The translations under genes and the position numbers were made by a program. From contig JAFUCN010000063.1 in NCBI GenBank assembly GCA_017459665.1, positions 354-64,353 of the forward strand: a stretch of 64,000 nucleotides of DNA, written 5' to 3'. Positions 39,491 through 49,658 of the stretch are shown one piece after another. Every line of letters starts with the position of its first letter. Within the stretch, counting starts at the first letter, position 1. The notes below the pieces were generated by a model. The model searched no databases. It saw only the letters and a program-made list of their open reading frames with translations, and was not told the DNA's origin. Origin of the DNA: Methanobrevibacter sp. (GTDB lineage Archaea; Methanobacteriota; Methanobacteria; Methanobacteriales; Methanobacteriaceae).

Positions 39491-40090
39491 TTAATGTGTA
39501 TTGTAATAGGTTATTAAAAGCTCTTTAAACCTTGTATCGTCATTATTGTCATTTGATGATGAATGATATTTTGCTTCAAGGTTGTTGTATTGGGCATCCT
39601 GATTTAACTTTTCAATTTTATCTGCTTTGTATAGTTCATAAGACATGTCCAAAGCATTGTAAAAGGCATCGTCATCTATATTTGATGAAGGTGTGTTTTT
39701 AATTAACTTTTCAATGTCATCTGTAATTTCATTGCCCACCCAAGTAATTTCGTAAACCGAATCGCCTGAGACAAGATAAGCATGTGAATAATTATCGTGA
39801 ACGTATTCATTATACTGGTAGAAATATCTGACTGGATGATTGCCTATTGTCAAATCTTTTGTAAAATCATGTTCTTCAGCCCAAAGGCCGATAGCATCTG
39901 GAACATCATCATCAACACATTTGATTGAAAAGATGTCCTCTAATTCATATTCTTCCTCGTCCAATTCTCCACCTATGTATTCATCAGGTATTTCAAAGTC
40001 AATTCCATTAATTTCTACTGTTGAATCACTTGCATAAACGCAGCACATTAAAAGTAGGATTAATGTTGATGTGATAATTATTCTTTTCAT
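39491..40090 (-). CDS. Secreted or surface hypothetical protein
   Basis: Signal-like N-terminus MKRIIITSTLILLLMCCVYA followed by VEINGIDFEIP. Confidence 0.7.
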   Translation of the reverse strand: MKRIIITSTLILLLMCCVYASDSTVEINGIDFEIPDEYIGGELDEEEYELEDIFSIKCVDDDVPDAIGLWAEEHDFTKDLTIGNHPVRYFYQYNEYVHDNYSHAYLVSGDSVYEITWVGNEITDDIEKLIKNTPSSNIDDDAFYNALDMSYELYKADKIEKLNQDAQYNNLEAKYHSSSNDNNDDTRFKELLITYYNTH

Positions 40091-40155
40091 GGTATTTACT
40101 ATATAGGTCATCCATTAAAAAACTTTTTAAACACATTTTAGTAATATAGTATATC

Positions 40156-41169
40156 ATGGCAAAGGATGACAGAAGTGAGGTTAACCCATTCACAGGCAAG
40201 AAACATTTCGACATGGTCAACGACGATAAGTTCCTACAGCAGTCTTACAATGAATATTATTCAATGATTAATCAATCTCAGCTTTTAGATAACACCAACG
40301 ATGGTCAGATTATCATTAACGTTGCAGTTAGACTAATCAATGCAGTTAATGAATACTTGGCAAAGATTGGCAGGCTTGATTATGTTGAGGATTACTATGA
40401 TTGGGATGTCCATCTGGTTGCGGACAATACTGTAAATGCCTTTTGCATGCCTGGAGGCAAAATTGTGATGTTTTCCGGTATTCTTTCAGTTGCAAACACT
40501 GAAGAGAAAGTGGCATTCATTTTAGGCCATGAAATGGCTCATGCACTTCTTGATCATTCAAGAACAAGAGCAAGTGCTCAAACAGCTCAAAATGCAATCA
40601 CTTCCGCTGCGTGGATTGGAAGTATTGCAATGGATTTGGTAGGTTTGGGTGCAATCGGCTCTCTTACAAGGGCAGCAACTAATGTTGCAAGTATAGGTTC
40701 ACAATTTTTCCTGATGAATCCGTGGGGAAGAGATCAGGAACTTGAAGCAGATAGATTAGGTATGATGATAATCCATTGGGCAGGTTATGATATTTCAGGT
40801 ATTCCTGCATTCTGGCAGTCAATGTCTGCTCAAAACTCTAATGAACATGACTTTTTTTCAACACATCCTGCAGATTCTAAAAGAATTGCAACAATGAACG
40901 AGTTAATCTTAGAAATTGAAAATCAAAAGGATTTCTACACTCAGCCTGTTTTAGGAGAAACTCCAGTGCCTAAAGATGAATTTATGAATACTCATTTGGA
41001 TAATGATAATGTTAAATACTGTCAAAACTGTGGTGTTGCTTCTGATTTGGATGCTAAATTCTGCACTAACTGTGGTTCAAAGTTTGATGTTGAACTTAAA
41101 TGTCCTGATTGTGGGGCTTTAGTTGAATCTGGAGACATTTTTTGCACAAATTGTGGGAAAAAATTATAA
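40156..41169 (+). CDS. M48-family zinc peptidase with C-terminal double zinc ribbon
   Basis: NAFCMPGG, GHEMAH, ELEAD, STHP; four CxxC pairs at the C-terminus. Confidence 0.92.
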   Translation: MAKDDRSEVNPFTGKKHFDMVNDDKFLQQSYNEYYSMINQSQLLDNTNDGQIIINVAVRLINAVNEYLAKIGRLDYVEDYYDWDVHLVADNTVNAFCMPGGKIVMFSGILSVANTEEKVAFILGHEMAHALLDHSRTRASAQTAQNAITSAAWIGSIAMDLVGLGAIGSLTRAATNVASIGSQFFLMNPWGRDQELEADRLGMMIIHWAGYDISGIPAFWQSMSAQNSNEHDFFSTHPADSKRIATMNELILEIENQKDFYTQPVLGETPVPKDEFMNTHLDNDNVKYCQNCGVASDLDAKFCTNCGSKFDVELKCPDCGALVESGDIFCTNCGKKL

Positions 41170-41334
41170 TTTTCATTTGGAAAATGCTGTTTTTATAAAT
41201 TTATTGGTGTTGAATTACGTCTTTAATTAGTTTTTTTTGTTATATTTTTTTCATTATCGAAAACTTTAAATACTACATCTCGTTAATATATTGTGTGTAA
41301 GTTATTAACAACTTATTAACAAAGTCTAAACAGG

Positions 41335-41958
41335 ATGTGGAAAAACATGAAAATAATGCCTCAAAATGAAAATTTGGACATAATATTTTTAATCGACCGA
41401 AGTGGATCAATGAGTGGTTCAGAAGAGGACACAATCGGAGGATTCAACTCTTACATTGAAAGGGAAAGGAAAAAAGGTTTCAACACTAAAGTAACAACAG
41501 TTTTTTTCGATGACCAATATGAAATGCTGTACAAAAGAAAGGACATCAACGAAGTTTCAGAACTAACCGACAAGGAATATTGGGTAAGGGGAATGACTGC
41601 ACTCTATGATGCAATAGGAAAAACAATTAATCAGCTAAGCCATGAAATCGACAACAAAGTGCTGTTTGTCATAATGACTGATGGTATGGAAAATGATTCT
41701 CATGAATACTCAAAAGAGCATGTTACCAACCTGATTAATAATCATAACTGGGAATTCATCTTCATTGGTGCAGATATTGACTCATATGCAGAAGCAAGAA
41801 ACATCGGTATTAAAAAGTCTCGTGTTGCAAACTATGAAAAATCTGAAAGGGGTATCGGTAAAGTATACGATGCTATTGAAAACCTGACATGTTACATGAG
41901 AGCAGATGTTGATTTGGACAATGCAGACTGGAAAGAAGACCTCGAAGAATATGATTAA
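41335..41958 (+). CDS. Stand-alone vWA-domain protein
   Basis: MIDAS DRSGS, TALYDAIG, TDGMEN, FIFIGA. Confidence 0.9.
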   Translation: MWKNMKIMPQNENLDIIFLIDRSGSMSGSEEDTIGGFNSYIERERKKGFNTKVTTVFFDDQYEMLYKRKDINEVSELTDKEYWVRGMTALYDAIGKTINQLSHEIDNKVLFVIMTDGMENDSHEYSKEHVTNLINNHNWEFIFIGADIDSYAEARNIGIKKSRVANYEKSERGIGKVYDAIENLTCYMRADVDLDNADWKEDLEEYD

Positions 41959-42632
41959 TTTTCATATTCTGTTAAATCTTTAACGCCTAATTTTTCAAAT
42001 GCTCGTTTCCGCCTCATACAGCTTTCGCAAACACCGCAGTGTTTGTCTTCTCCTTTATAACAGGAGTAACTTAACTCCATTGGAGCACCAACTTCAAGGC
42101 CTAACTCAACTATTTCCTCTTTATTTAAATCAATGGCTGGTGCTTCAATCTTAATATTTTCTGGAGATCCGGCTTTAATCAACTTATTAAATTCATCCAA
42201 ATATTCTTTGGAATTGTCCGGAAAAGTGGCTCCTTCTTCGCAGTTCCAGCCAACTATTATTATCTCTGCACCCATGCTTTCAGCATATGACAAGGCAATT
42301 GAGGTAAAAACAGTATTTCTTGCAGGAACCCAAACGCTGCTTGCACTTTCACTACTCTTTTCGATGTCATCCAACTCATCAGGGGAAAGTTCAGGAATGT
42401 CTTCTGAAGTATTTAGACTTGAATTGCTAATTTCGGCCAACCATGGAAGGTTGATGACCTCATGTTGCCAGTTCATATTATTACATATGTCTTTTGAAGC
42501 CTTTAACTCTCTTTTAAAACTTTTTTGGCCGTAATTAAATGTTATTGCATAAATTTCGTAGTCTTTGGAATAAACGCTTGTGGCAACGGTACAGTCAAGT
42601 CCTCCGGATAGCACGGAAATCGCTTTTTTCAT
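41955..42632 (-). CDS. queC: 7-cyano-7-deazaguanine synthase
   Basis: SGGLD, YGQ, VPARN, SCY...CGVCESC. Confidence 0.95.
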   Translation of the reverse strand: MKKAISVLSGGLDCTVATSVYSKDYEIYAITFNYGQKSFKRELKASKDICNNMNWQHEVINLPWLAEISNSSLNTSEDIPELSPDELDDIEKSSESASSVWVPARNTVFTSIALSYAESMGAEIIIVGWNCEEGATFPDNSKEYLDEFNKLIKAGSPENIKIEAPAIDLNKEEIVELGLEVGAPMELSYSCYKGEDKHCGVCESCMRRKRAFEKLGVKDLTEYEN

Positions 42633-43798
42633 CTTATCATCTCTTTAACTTCTCTTAAAGTCAAACCGCTGTCTTTGGCAATTCTTTTTAAGTCTTCATA
42701 TTCTGGTCTTGAGGATATTTCTTCGCCATTTACATACCCTACTTTAAAGGTCACTTCATAGGTTTTGCCATTGATTTCATACTCTTTTGTAATGAATTTT
42801 CTTTTTGATATTCCTCTGTGGATGTTTTCAGAAATTCTTATACCTAAACTTCCGGTTTCCTTAAATATTGCTTCTAGTATTTTTTCTCTGTTTTCTCTTT
42901 TTGAAATTACTTTTAAAAGGCTTCCCTGGCGATTTTTCTTCATTATAATTGGTGTAATTGAAACGTCCCTTGCTCCTTCATCTAGAAGTCTATCAAAGAG
43001 ATATCCGATTTCCTCACCGGTTAAATGATCAATATTGGTTTCGATAACATCTATTGTGTCACTTTCAGTGATATTTGAACTTTCAATAATCCTTAAAACA
43101 TTTGGGTGGTCAAAATCTTTCCTTCCGGCTCCATAACCAACTTTTGTAGGTTTTAAAAGTGGGATAAACTCTTTTATTTCATCACATAATTCCATATAGA
43201 TTGCACATCCTGTTGGTGTTGCAAGTTCACTGTCAACTGGACCGCCAATGACTGGAACTCCTTTAAGGATTTCCAATACGGCTGGGGCGGGAACTGGAAT
43301 TGTTCCATGAGCTGTTTTTACTCTGCCACCACCAACTGCTATTGGGAGACCTATGATTTTCTGTTTATCAAAACCAAGTGAGTAATAAGCGTAAACTGAA
43401 CCGATTACATCACCAACAGCATCACTGGCTCCAACCTCATGAAAATGCACATCTTCAAGAGTTTTGCCATGAATTTTAGCTTCCGCTTCGGCAATTCTTT
43501 TAAAAATGTTAATGGAAGTTGTTTTAATTTTTTCATCTAAATTTAAATTTTCAATTTTTGAAATGAACTCCGGATAGTTAATGGAATGGTTTTTTTCAAG
43601 CATTTCAACATGGCAGAATGTAGATTCAATTCCATGTTTGTTTGTTTTTTCAAAACTGACTTCAACTCCCCCAAAATCCATAGCTGATTTTTCCATAACC
43701 TTTTTTAATTCACTGATATTTGCCCCCAAATCAACAAATGCGCCAATTAACATGTTTCCAGCTATTCCACTTCCTTGCGGGTCTATAATAATTGTCAT
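42629..43798 (-). CDS. larC: Nickel-pincer cofactor biosynthesis protein LarC
   Basis: HFHEVG, HGTIPVPAPA, TPTG, ETNIDH, MKKNR, PEYED. Confidence 0.93.
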   Translation of the reverse strand: MTIIIDPQGSGIAGNMLIGAFVDLGANISELKKVMEKSAMDFGGVEVSFEKTNKHGIESTFCHVEMLEKNHSINYPEFISKIENLNLDEKIKTTSINIFKRIAEAEAKIHGKTLEDVHFHEVGASDAVGDVIGSVYAYYSLGFDKQKIIGLPIAVGGGRVKTAHGTIPVPAPAVLEILKGVPVIGGPVDSELATPTGCAIYMELCDEIKEFIPLLKPTKVGYGAGRKDFDHPNVLRIIESSNITESDTIDVIETNIDHLTGEEIGYLFDRLLDEGARDVSITPIIMKKNRQGSLLKVISKRENREKILEAIFKETGSLGIRISENIHRGISKRKFITKEYEINGKTYEVTFKVGYVNGEEISSRPEYEDLKRIAKDSGLTLREVKEMIR

Positions 43799-43862
43799 AA
43801 TCTTAAGTCCTTTTAAATGTATAATATAAAATTTAAATTAAATAATTAATATACATTATCAC

Positions 43863-44921
43863 ATGAAATTTAACATCATCAAAAAAGATTATGGGATTTG
43901 TTTAAACAAGCCGGATTATTTTTTAGCATTTAGTGATTTTACTGTAAGTGATGGAATAGACATTGTTGAAAATGTAAATGTCATAAAAGCAAAGGATGAT
44001 TTTAATGCTACTGCAAAAAAGGCAGAAACTTTCAATCGCTCTCAAGGGTCATATATTGCTAAGGCAGCCGAATCAATTGATTATTTTACAAATACTTATG
44101 ATGATTTAACCATTTTCACATTCATGGCAAATGATATTGTTCTTGAAGATTTCAGTGAAAATTTAAAGGTTGATAATTCTCCAAAAGGATTTGCGGATGC
44201 AAGGATTAATTTAAGTCATATTATATATTTGGACAAGGCAATATCCCCAAAAGATTTGCTTGAAATATTTAAGATAATAACTAATATTAAAGCTAAAAAA
44301 CTTGCCAGCATGGACTTGCCACTGCATATTCAAAACATATTAAATACAAATGATTTTTTAGCGGTTTTAGGTAATGTTCCAGACACTGCCGGTAAAAGTT
44401 TGGATGTAAATAATGCTCAGTTTGATGATATTGATTTTAATGATTTAAAAATTAGAATTGAAGATGCAATTGAAATAAGCATTGAAGATGCATTTGAAAA
44501 ATCAGGTTTGACATTCGGCATTCTGGATTATCTTGTTGCTGAGGGAATTTTGATTGGGGATTTGGTTGAAGCTGGTTTGGAATTTGTTGAAGTTACAGAT
44601 GAGCTGAAAGCTAAAATGGAATCGGAAATTCTCAAATCATTAGCTGATAGGGAAGTTATTGCACTTTTACTTGCATCTATAAGATTGGAACAACAGATAA
44701 ATGAAAATGGAATACGGGAAATTGTTGGTTCTGATTACATTTATGCCGGTGAAGTGTTGGGTTTCGCCATTTCAAATCAGATTGCAGGAACAAAAGCAAT
44801 TTTAAATTTTAAAAGATATGTGGATGCAAAACATGGAATAATTTACGGATTGCCTCCAATACTTGATGGAGCATTTGCGGGTCTGCTTGCAGGTTGTGTT
44901 TCTAAAGTTTTCGATGAATAA
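43863..44921 (+). CDS. CobZ/PgpA-like alpha-ribazole phosphatase domain with divergent N-terminal extension
   Basis: C-terminal [13 protein letters not shown]...AGLLAGC signature; close to cobS. Confidence 0.7.
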   Translation: MKFNIIKKDYGICLNKPDYFLAFSDFTVSDGIDIVENVNVIKAKDDFNATAKKAETFNRSQGSYIAKAAESIDYFTNTYDDLTIFTFMANDIVLEDFSENLKVDNSPKGFADARINLSHIIYLDKAISPKDLLEIFKIITNIKAKKLASMDLPLHIQNILNTNDFLAVLGNVPDTAGKSLDVNNAQFDDIDFNDLKIRIEDAIEISIEDAFEKSGLTFGILDYLVAEGILIGDLVEAGLEFVEVTDELKAKMESEILKSLADREVIALLLASIRLEQQINENGIREIVGSDYIYAGEVLGFAISNQIAGTKAILNFKRYVDAKHGIIYGLPPILDGAFAGLLAGCVSKVFDE

Positions 44922-44941
44922 ATAATATTTTGAGGTAAACA

Positions 44942-46030
44942 ATGGATGATTTTGATATTCAGGAATATTTGGCGGAGGGCGTTGAAAATATCGTAAAAGA
45001 TGCTTTGAGAGCTTCCCTTAGAAATCCTAAAGAAATTCTTTTTTTGCGTAAATTTTCAAAATATGCTAAGAGAGCCACTTCGATTAGGCAAGATTACAAA
45101 AAGGAAGGTCACAATATTCCGGTTTTCTTAATTGCAAGCATAACAAGCAGTTGTAATCTGCATTGCAGTGGATGTTATTCAAGAGCAAATGATGCATGCA
45201 GTGATGATGTTCCTCAAAATCAGCTTTCAGGAGATGAATGGGGAGAAATATTTAATCAAGCCAGAGAATTGGGGATAAGTTTCATTGTTCTTGCCGGTGG
45301 GGAGCCAATGCTAAGAGAAGATGTTATTACAAAAGCAAGTAAATATCCCGAAATATTGTTCCCGATTTTTACCAATGGTACTATTTTGAATAATGATTAT
45401 TTGGATTTATTAAATAAAAACAGAAATCTTGTTCCTATCTTATCTATTGAAGGGGATGAAAAGAGCACAGATTCAAGAAGAGGGAAGGGGATTTACAATC
45501 AGCTGATTGATTCAATGAATTTGATGAGAAAACAAGGTCTGATATTTGGTGCTTCAGTCACTTTTACTAAAGATAATCTGAATTCTATTATTTCCGATGA
45601 TTTTATTGATACTTTGCATGAATTTGGTTGTAAGGTTGTATTTTTCATAGAATATGTGCCGTTAGATGAAAATACAGTTAATTTAGCTCCTGGTGATGAG
45701 GAAAGGGGGTTGCTGTTAGATTCAATTAATAATCTGCGTGAAAAATATTCTGACATGCTGTTCATGTCTTTCCCTGGTGATGAAAAATCATCTGGAGGTT
45801 GTCTGGCAGCGGGAAGAGGTTTTTTCCATATAAATTCTCAGGGTGGTGCAGAACCTTGTCCAGCTTCACCTTATTCGGACATTAACGTTAGGGATGCTTC
45901 TCTTTTGGAAATACTTGATTCAAAATTATTCAAATCTCTTAGAGATGGTGATTTCCTTTTAGATGACCATGCTGGTGGTTGTGTTTTGTTTGAACGTAAA
46001 GATGATGTGAAAAAGTTATTAGATAATTAA
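44942..46030 (+). CDS. Radical SAM protein with SPASM/twitch-like C-terminus
   Basis: CNLHCSGC, GGEP, FTNG, GCLAAG...EPCP. Confidence 0.9.
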   Translation: MDDFDIQEYLAEGVENIVKDALRASLRNPKEILFLRKFSKYAKRATSIRQDYKKEGHNIPVFLIASITSSCNLHCSGCYSRANDACSDDVPQNQLSGDEWGEIFNQARELGISFIVLAGGEPMLREDVITKASKYPEILFPIFTNGTILNNDYLDLLNKNRNLVPILSIEGDEKSTDSRRGKGIYNQLIDSMNLMRKQGLIFGASVTFTKDNLNSIISDDFIDTLHEFGCKVVFFIEYVPLDENTVNLAPGDEERGLLLDSINNLREKYSDMLFMSFPGDEKSSGGCLAAGRGFFHINSQGGAEPCPASPYSDINVRDASLLEILDSKLFKSLRDGDFLLDDHAGGCVLFERKDDVKKLLDN

Positions 46031-46095
46031 TGAATATGATTCAAAACTATAGTATATTAATTAAAAATCTATAATATAATAACTGAGGAATAATT

Positions 46096-46878
46096 ATGGA
46101 AGATGACAGCTACTTTGAAGATGAGGAATTCTCACCAGTCAAGTCCCTTTTAGGCCTTTTGACATTCTCAACAATTCTGCCGATTAACGTTTTCACATCA
46201 ATTGAGTATATGACTAAGTTGACTTGGTGCTGGCCGTTTTTACACATATTTATAGGTATTTTGGCTGCAATTTGCGGTTATGTTTCATTGGAATTTCTAC
46301 ATTTAAACTCATTTTTCACTGCAGCTATTGTTTATGCGTTTTTAATGATTATAACTGGGTATAACCATTTGGATGGTGTAATGGATATGGCTGATGGGGT
46401 CATGGTTCATGGAGAGCCTGAACGTAAAATCCGCATCATGAAAGATCCGTCCGTTGGAGCAGGTGGTGTTGCAACCTTATTTTTGGTAGCCAGCTTAACA
46501 ATTGCTGGGATTTACAATATTTTGGATTATCATTTTATTTTTGGAATTATTATATGTGAAATGACTGCAAAAACTTCTTTAATAACAACTGCACTCCTAT
46601 CCGAGCCACTGACTCCAGGAATTGGGAGTTACTTTATAAAAGAGACAAACATCTCCAATTACATTGCTTCAACTGTAATTATTGCTGTTATTGCCATTTT
46701 ATTAGGCAACCTAGTTGGTCTTGTTGGTGTTTTAGGCGCAATCCTTTCAGGAATTATCATTGCAATTATTGCAAGACGTAACTTTGTTCTTGCAAACGGG
46801 GACGTTCTTGGAATGAGTAATGAGGTTGGCCGTTTGTTTTCATTATTGTTTATGAGTGTAGCACTATATTTCCTTTAA
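46096..46878 (+). CDS. cobS: Adenosylcobinamide-GDP ribazoletransferase (cobalamin synthase)
   Basis: HLDGVMDMADG, IMKDPSVGAGG, NGDVLG; multi-TM. Confidence 0.93.
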   Translation: MEDDSYFEDEEFSPVKSLLGLLTFSTILPINVFTSIEYMTKLTWCWPFLHIFIGILAAICGYVSLEFLHLNSFFTAAIVYAFLMIITGYNHLDGVMDMADGVMVHGEPERKIRIMKDPSVGAGGVATLFLVASLTIAGIYNILDYHFIFGIIICEMTAKTSLITTALLSEPLTPGIGSYFIKETNISNYIASTVIIAVIAILLGNLVGLVGVLGAILSGIIIAIIARRNFVLANGDVLGMSNEVGRLFSLLFMSVALYFL

Positions 46879-46946
46879 CGTGTTAAAATCAATTTTTAGG
46901 TTTTAAAAACCATTGATTTATATGCAATCAAAAATATAAGTATTTT

Positions 46947-47030
46947 TGATGAGATTTGCCACATATCGTATTATTTTAGCATGTTAAATATCACCTCCCA
47001 ACTTTCTATTTCTCGTGGTAATTCTCATCA
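46947..47030. repeat. 84-bp element bounded by 16-bp imperfect inverted repeats
   Basis: TGATGAGATTTGCCAC (46947-46962) versus GTGGTAATTCTCATCA (47015-47030): 14/16 Watson-Crick pairs plus one G-T. Confidence 0.7.
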
Positions 47031-47069
47031 GATTTATATATTTTAATGCATAATCTATTAACTGATAAT

Positions 47070-47609
47070 ATGAATGTTAATGTCTTAAGATTGGACCACA
47101 GATTGAAAAGAGATACAAGAATTACAACTCATGTGTGCTTAACTGCCCGTGCATTCGGTGCAAGTAAAATATATCTTGCAGGTGAACGTGACAACAATCT
47201 CATGGAAAATGTCAGAGATACTGCTTCAAGATTTGGAGGGCACTTTGAAATAGAACACACAGAAAGTGCAATGGGTGTAATCAACAAATGGAAAGCGGAT
47301 GGTGGAAAAGTAGTTCATCTTACAATGTATGGTTCACAGGCTCATGAAGTAGCACCTGAAGTTCGTGAAGACGGTTCTGACATTTTAATCGTTGTTGGTG
47401 GAGCTAAAGTCCCTGGAAAAGTTTATAAGGCTGCCGACTGGAACGTATCTGTTACAACACAACCTCATTCTGAAGTATCTTCTTTAGCCGTTTTTCAACA
47501 CTTGCTGATGGATGGTAAGGAGTTTGAATTGGAATTTGAAAATCCCGTATTGGAAGTAATTCCAACAGCTCATGGTAAAACTGTAAATATTCATGACGAA
47601 AATCGCTAA
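47070..47609 (+). CDS. trm56: tRNA (cytidine56-2'-O)-methyltransferase aTrm56
   Basis: RDTRITTHVCLTARAFGA, HLTMYG, QPHSEV. Confidence 0.95.
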   Translation: MNVNVLRLDHRLKRDTRITTHVCLTARAFGASKIYLAGERDNNLMENVRDTASRFGGHFEIEHTESAMGVINKWKADGGKVVHLTMYGSQAHEVAPEVREDGSDILIVVGGAKVPGKVYKAADWNVSVTTQPHSEVSSLAVFQHLLMDGKEFELEFENPVLEVIPTAHGKTVNIHDENR

Positions 47610-48700
47610 CTGATGAAATCGTCTAATCTTTTAATAGCTTTTAACTTTTCATCTTTTTTTATACGTGCCTGGTCAAGAGCATCTCTAATTGTCTGAATGG
47701 AGTTGTCATAGACTTCTCTGTCAACAGGATATGGAAAACCGTCCTTACCTCCGTGGGTAAAACTGTATTTTACAGGATCCTTCCAGCTTGCAGGTTCGCC
47801 ATAAACCAAATCTGAAATCAAAGCAAGAGCTCTTATTTTTTTAGGGCCAATTCCCTGAAGTAAAATCAGTTCTTCATAATTTTCAGGCTGGATTTCCCAA
47901 GCTCTTGTCAGTACTTCAAATTCCTTATCTGAAATGTCCATGTCCAAAACTGGGTGGTGGGCAGGCATAGTAAAGTCTTCTAAAAGCATTTGATTATCTT
48001 TTCTCTTGAAGTATTGTCTTAAATGATTCGGATTGTCATTGATTAAATCAACACTTATCTTTTGGGCTTCTTTGCTGTCTTTTGAAGACATATTCAAGGT
48101 TTCAGGTGTGACTTTATCGCAGGAAATTCCGCTATGGGGATCATTAAGCAGTTTGTCCACTTCAGAGCCTAGCCAGTGATAACGTCGAGCATATTTGTCC
48201 TGTGTGTTTAGGCCCTGCTGAACGACAGCCCAGTCTCCCTTTTCGGTTACAAAGAAATTGTGCTGGTATAATGTGTATCCGTCCTGGATGCAGGAGTTAT
48301 CGATTTTAGCAGATAATTTGCTTGTTTCAATCAACTTTTCAGTTGTTTTTGTTTTTAGATTGAATACATCTCCTGCATGAGCAATTCCTTCGGGTGTTTT
48401 TCTGGATTTCGCTCCTTTGCCTCCGCTTAAGTAAATTCCATGCTCTTCGGGACTTAAAGACGCCTTTAGAGCACCTAATGTTGTAGTGGTGGTTCCTGAA
48501 GAATGCCAGTCAAAACCCAAAACGCAGGAAAATGCCTGAAACCAGTAAGGATTTGAAATTCTATTTAAAAATTCAGCTAAACTGTACTCTTCAATGATTA
48601 CGCTGGCTAGTGCTCCTGATAGTTTCACCATTCTTGTAAACAGCCATTTTGGAGGATGGCCTCCATGAAGTGGAAGATTAACTGCTCCTTTTCTTTGCAT
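47606..48700 (-). CDS. DUF763-family protein
   Basis: LPLHGGHPP, DWHSSGTTT, HhH-like GIGPKK, HGGKDG. Likely start ATG 48700. Confidence 0.88.
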   Translation of the reverse strand: MQRKGAVNLPLHGGHPPKWLFTRMVKLSGALASVIIEEYSLAEFLNRISNPYWFQAFSCVLGFDWHSSGTTTTTLGALKASLSPEEHGIYLSGGKGAKSRKTPEGIAHAGDVFNLKTKTTEKLIETSKLSAKIDNSCIQDGYTLYQHNFFVTEKGDWAVVQQGLNTQDKYARRYHWLGSEVDKLLNDPHSGISCDKVTPETLNMSSKDSKEAQKISVDLINDNPNHLRQYFKRKDNQMLLEDFTMPAHHPVLDMDISDKEFEVLTRAWEIQPENYEELILLQGIGPKKIRALALISDLVYGEPASWKDPVKYSFTHGGKDGFPYPVDREVYDNSIQTIRDALDQARIKKDEKLKAIKRLDDFIS

Positions 48701-48894
48701 GAAATATAATTTGATTATTATAAATATTCTAGTTTTGGTAAGAGCATTTGGTATGTATTTTTTTTTAAATTTTTTCAAATTTTATCATATCACATATATT
48801 AAACAAAACTTTAATAAGTAATGGTTACTAAAATTATTAATGTTATATTTATTAACAAATTATTTAATCAAAATTATTAAGGAGCGTAATTTTT

Positions 48895-49629
48895 ATGGCT
48901 ATAGATAACGGAGATTTTGTAAGAGTAAACTTTACTGGTAAAATAAAAGACACAGATGATGTATTTGATACTACTTATGATGAAATTGCACAAGAAGCTG
49001 GAATTTTCGATGAAAATAAAACCTACAAAGCAATTCCTATTGTTGTAGGAGGTAACCACTTATTACCAGCTATTGAAGAAGCTATTAAAGGATTAGAAGC
49101 AGGAGATAAAAAAACTATTGAAGTGGACGCTGAAAACGGATTCGGTCAAAGAAACCCTAAATTAATCCAATTAGTCCCTATGAAAGAATTCAAAAGACAA
49201 GGTATGACTCCTGTTCCAGGTATGAGAATCCAATCTGAAGGTTCAACCGGTAAAATCTTAACCGTAAACGGTGGAAGAGTAAAAGTTGACTTCAACCACG
49301 AATTAGCAGGAAGAGATTTAGTTTACGATGTTGAAGTATGTGAAATTATTGAAGATGATGAAGAAAAAATCAAAAGTATGATTGAATTACATTACTCCAA
49401 CCCTAATGTGGATGTTGAAAAAACCGAAATCGACATCGTTGACGGCGTTGCAAACATCAAATTAGATGAAATGGCTAAATTCGATCAACAATCTTACATG
49501 GATGTTACCTTTGCAAGATTCAGAATTGCAAAAGACATCTGGGACAACATCGAAAATATTACAAAAGTTAACTTCGTTGACGAATTCGAAAAAAGAGAAG
49601 AAGCTGACGAAGAAGAAGATGAAGAATAG
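48895..49629 (+). CDS. Long-type FKBP peptidyl-prolyl isomerase (SlyD-like)
   Basis: VFDTT, VDFNHELAG and the archaeal C-terminal extension. Confidence 0.93.
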   Translation: MAIDNGDFVRVNFTGKIKDTDDVFDTTYDEIAQEAGIFDENKTYKAIPIVVGGNHLLPAIEEAIKGLEAGDKKTIEVDAENGFGQRNPKLIQLVPMKEFKRQGMTPVPGMRIQSEGSTGKILTVNGGRVKVDFNHELAGRDLVYDVEVCEIIEDDEEKIKSMIELHYSNPNVDVEKTEIDIVDGVANIKLDEMAKFDQQSYMDVTFARFRIAKDIWDNIENITKVNFVDEFEKREEADEEEDEE

Positions 49630-49658
49630 ATTTTCTCATCTTTATTTCTAATTTTTTT

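Noticed and set aside
41955-42632. queC as part of a QatABCD or Dpd defence system
   Set aside because: Canonical length and motifs, coupled to larC, with no qat or dpd partners; fits housekeeping archaeosine synthesis.
46946-47031. C/D-box sRNA suggested by TGATGA on both strands
   Set aside because: No downstream CTGA D box on either strand; the motifs are simply the arms of the inverted repeat.
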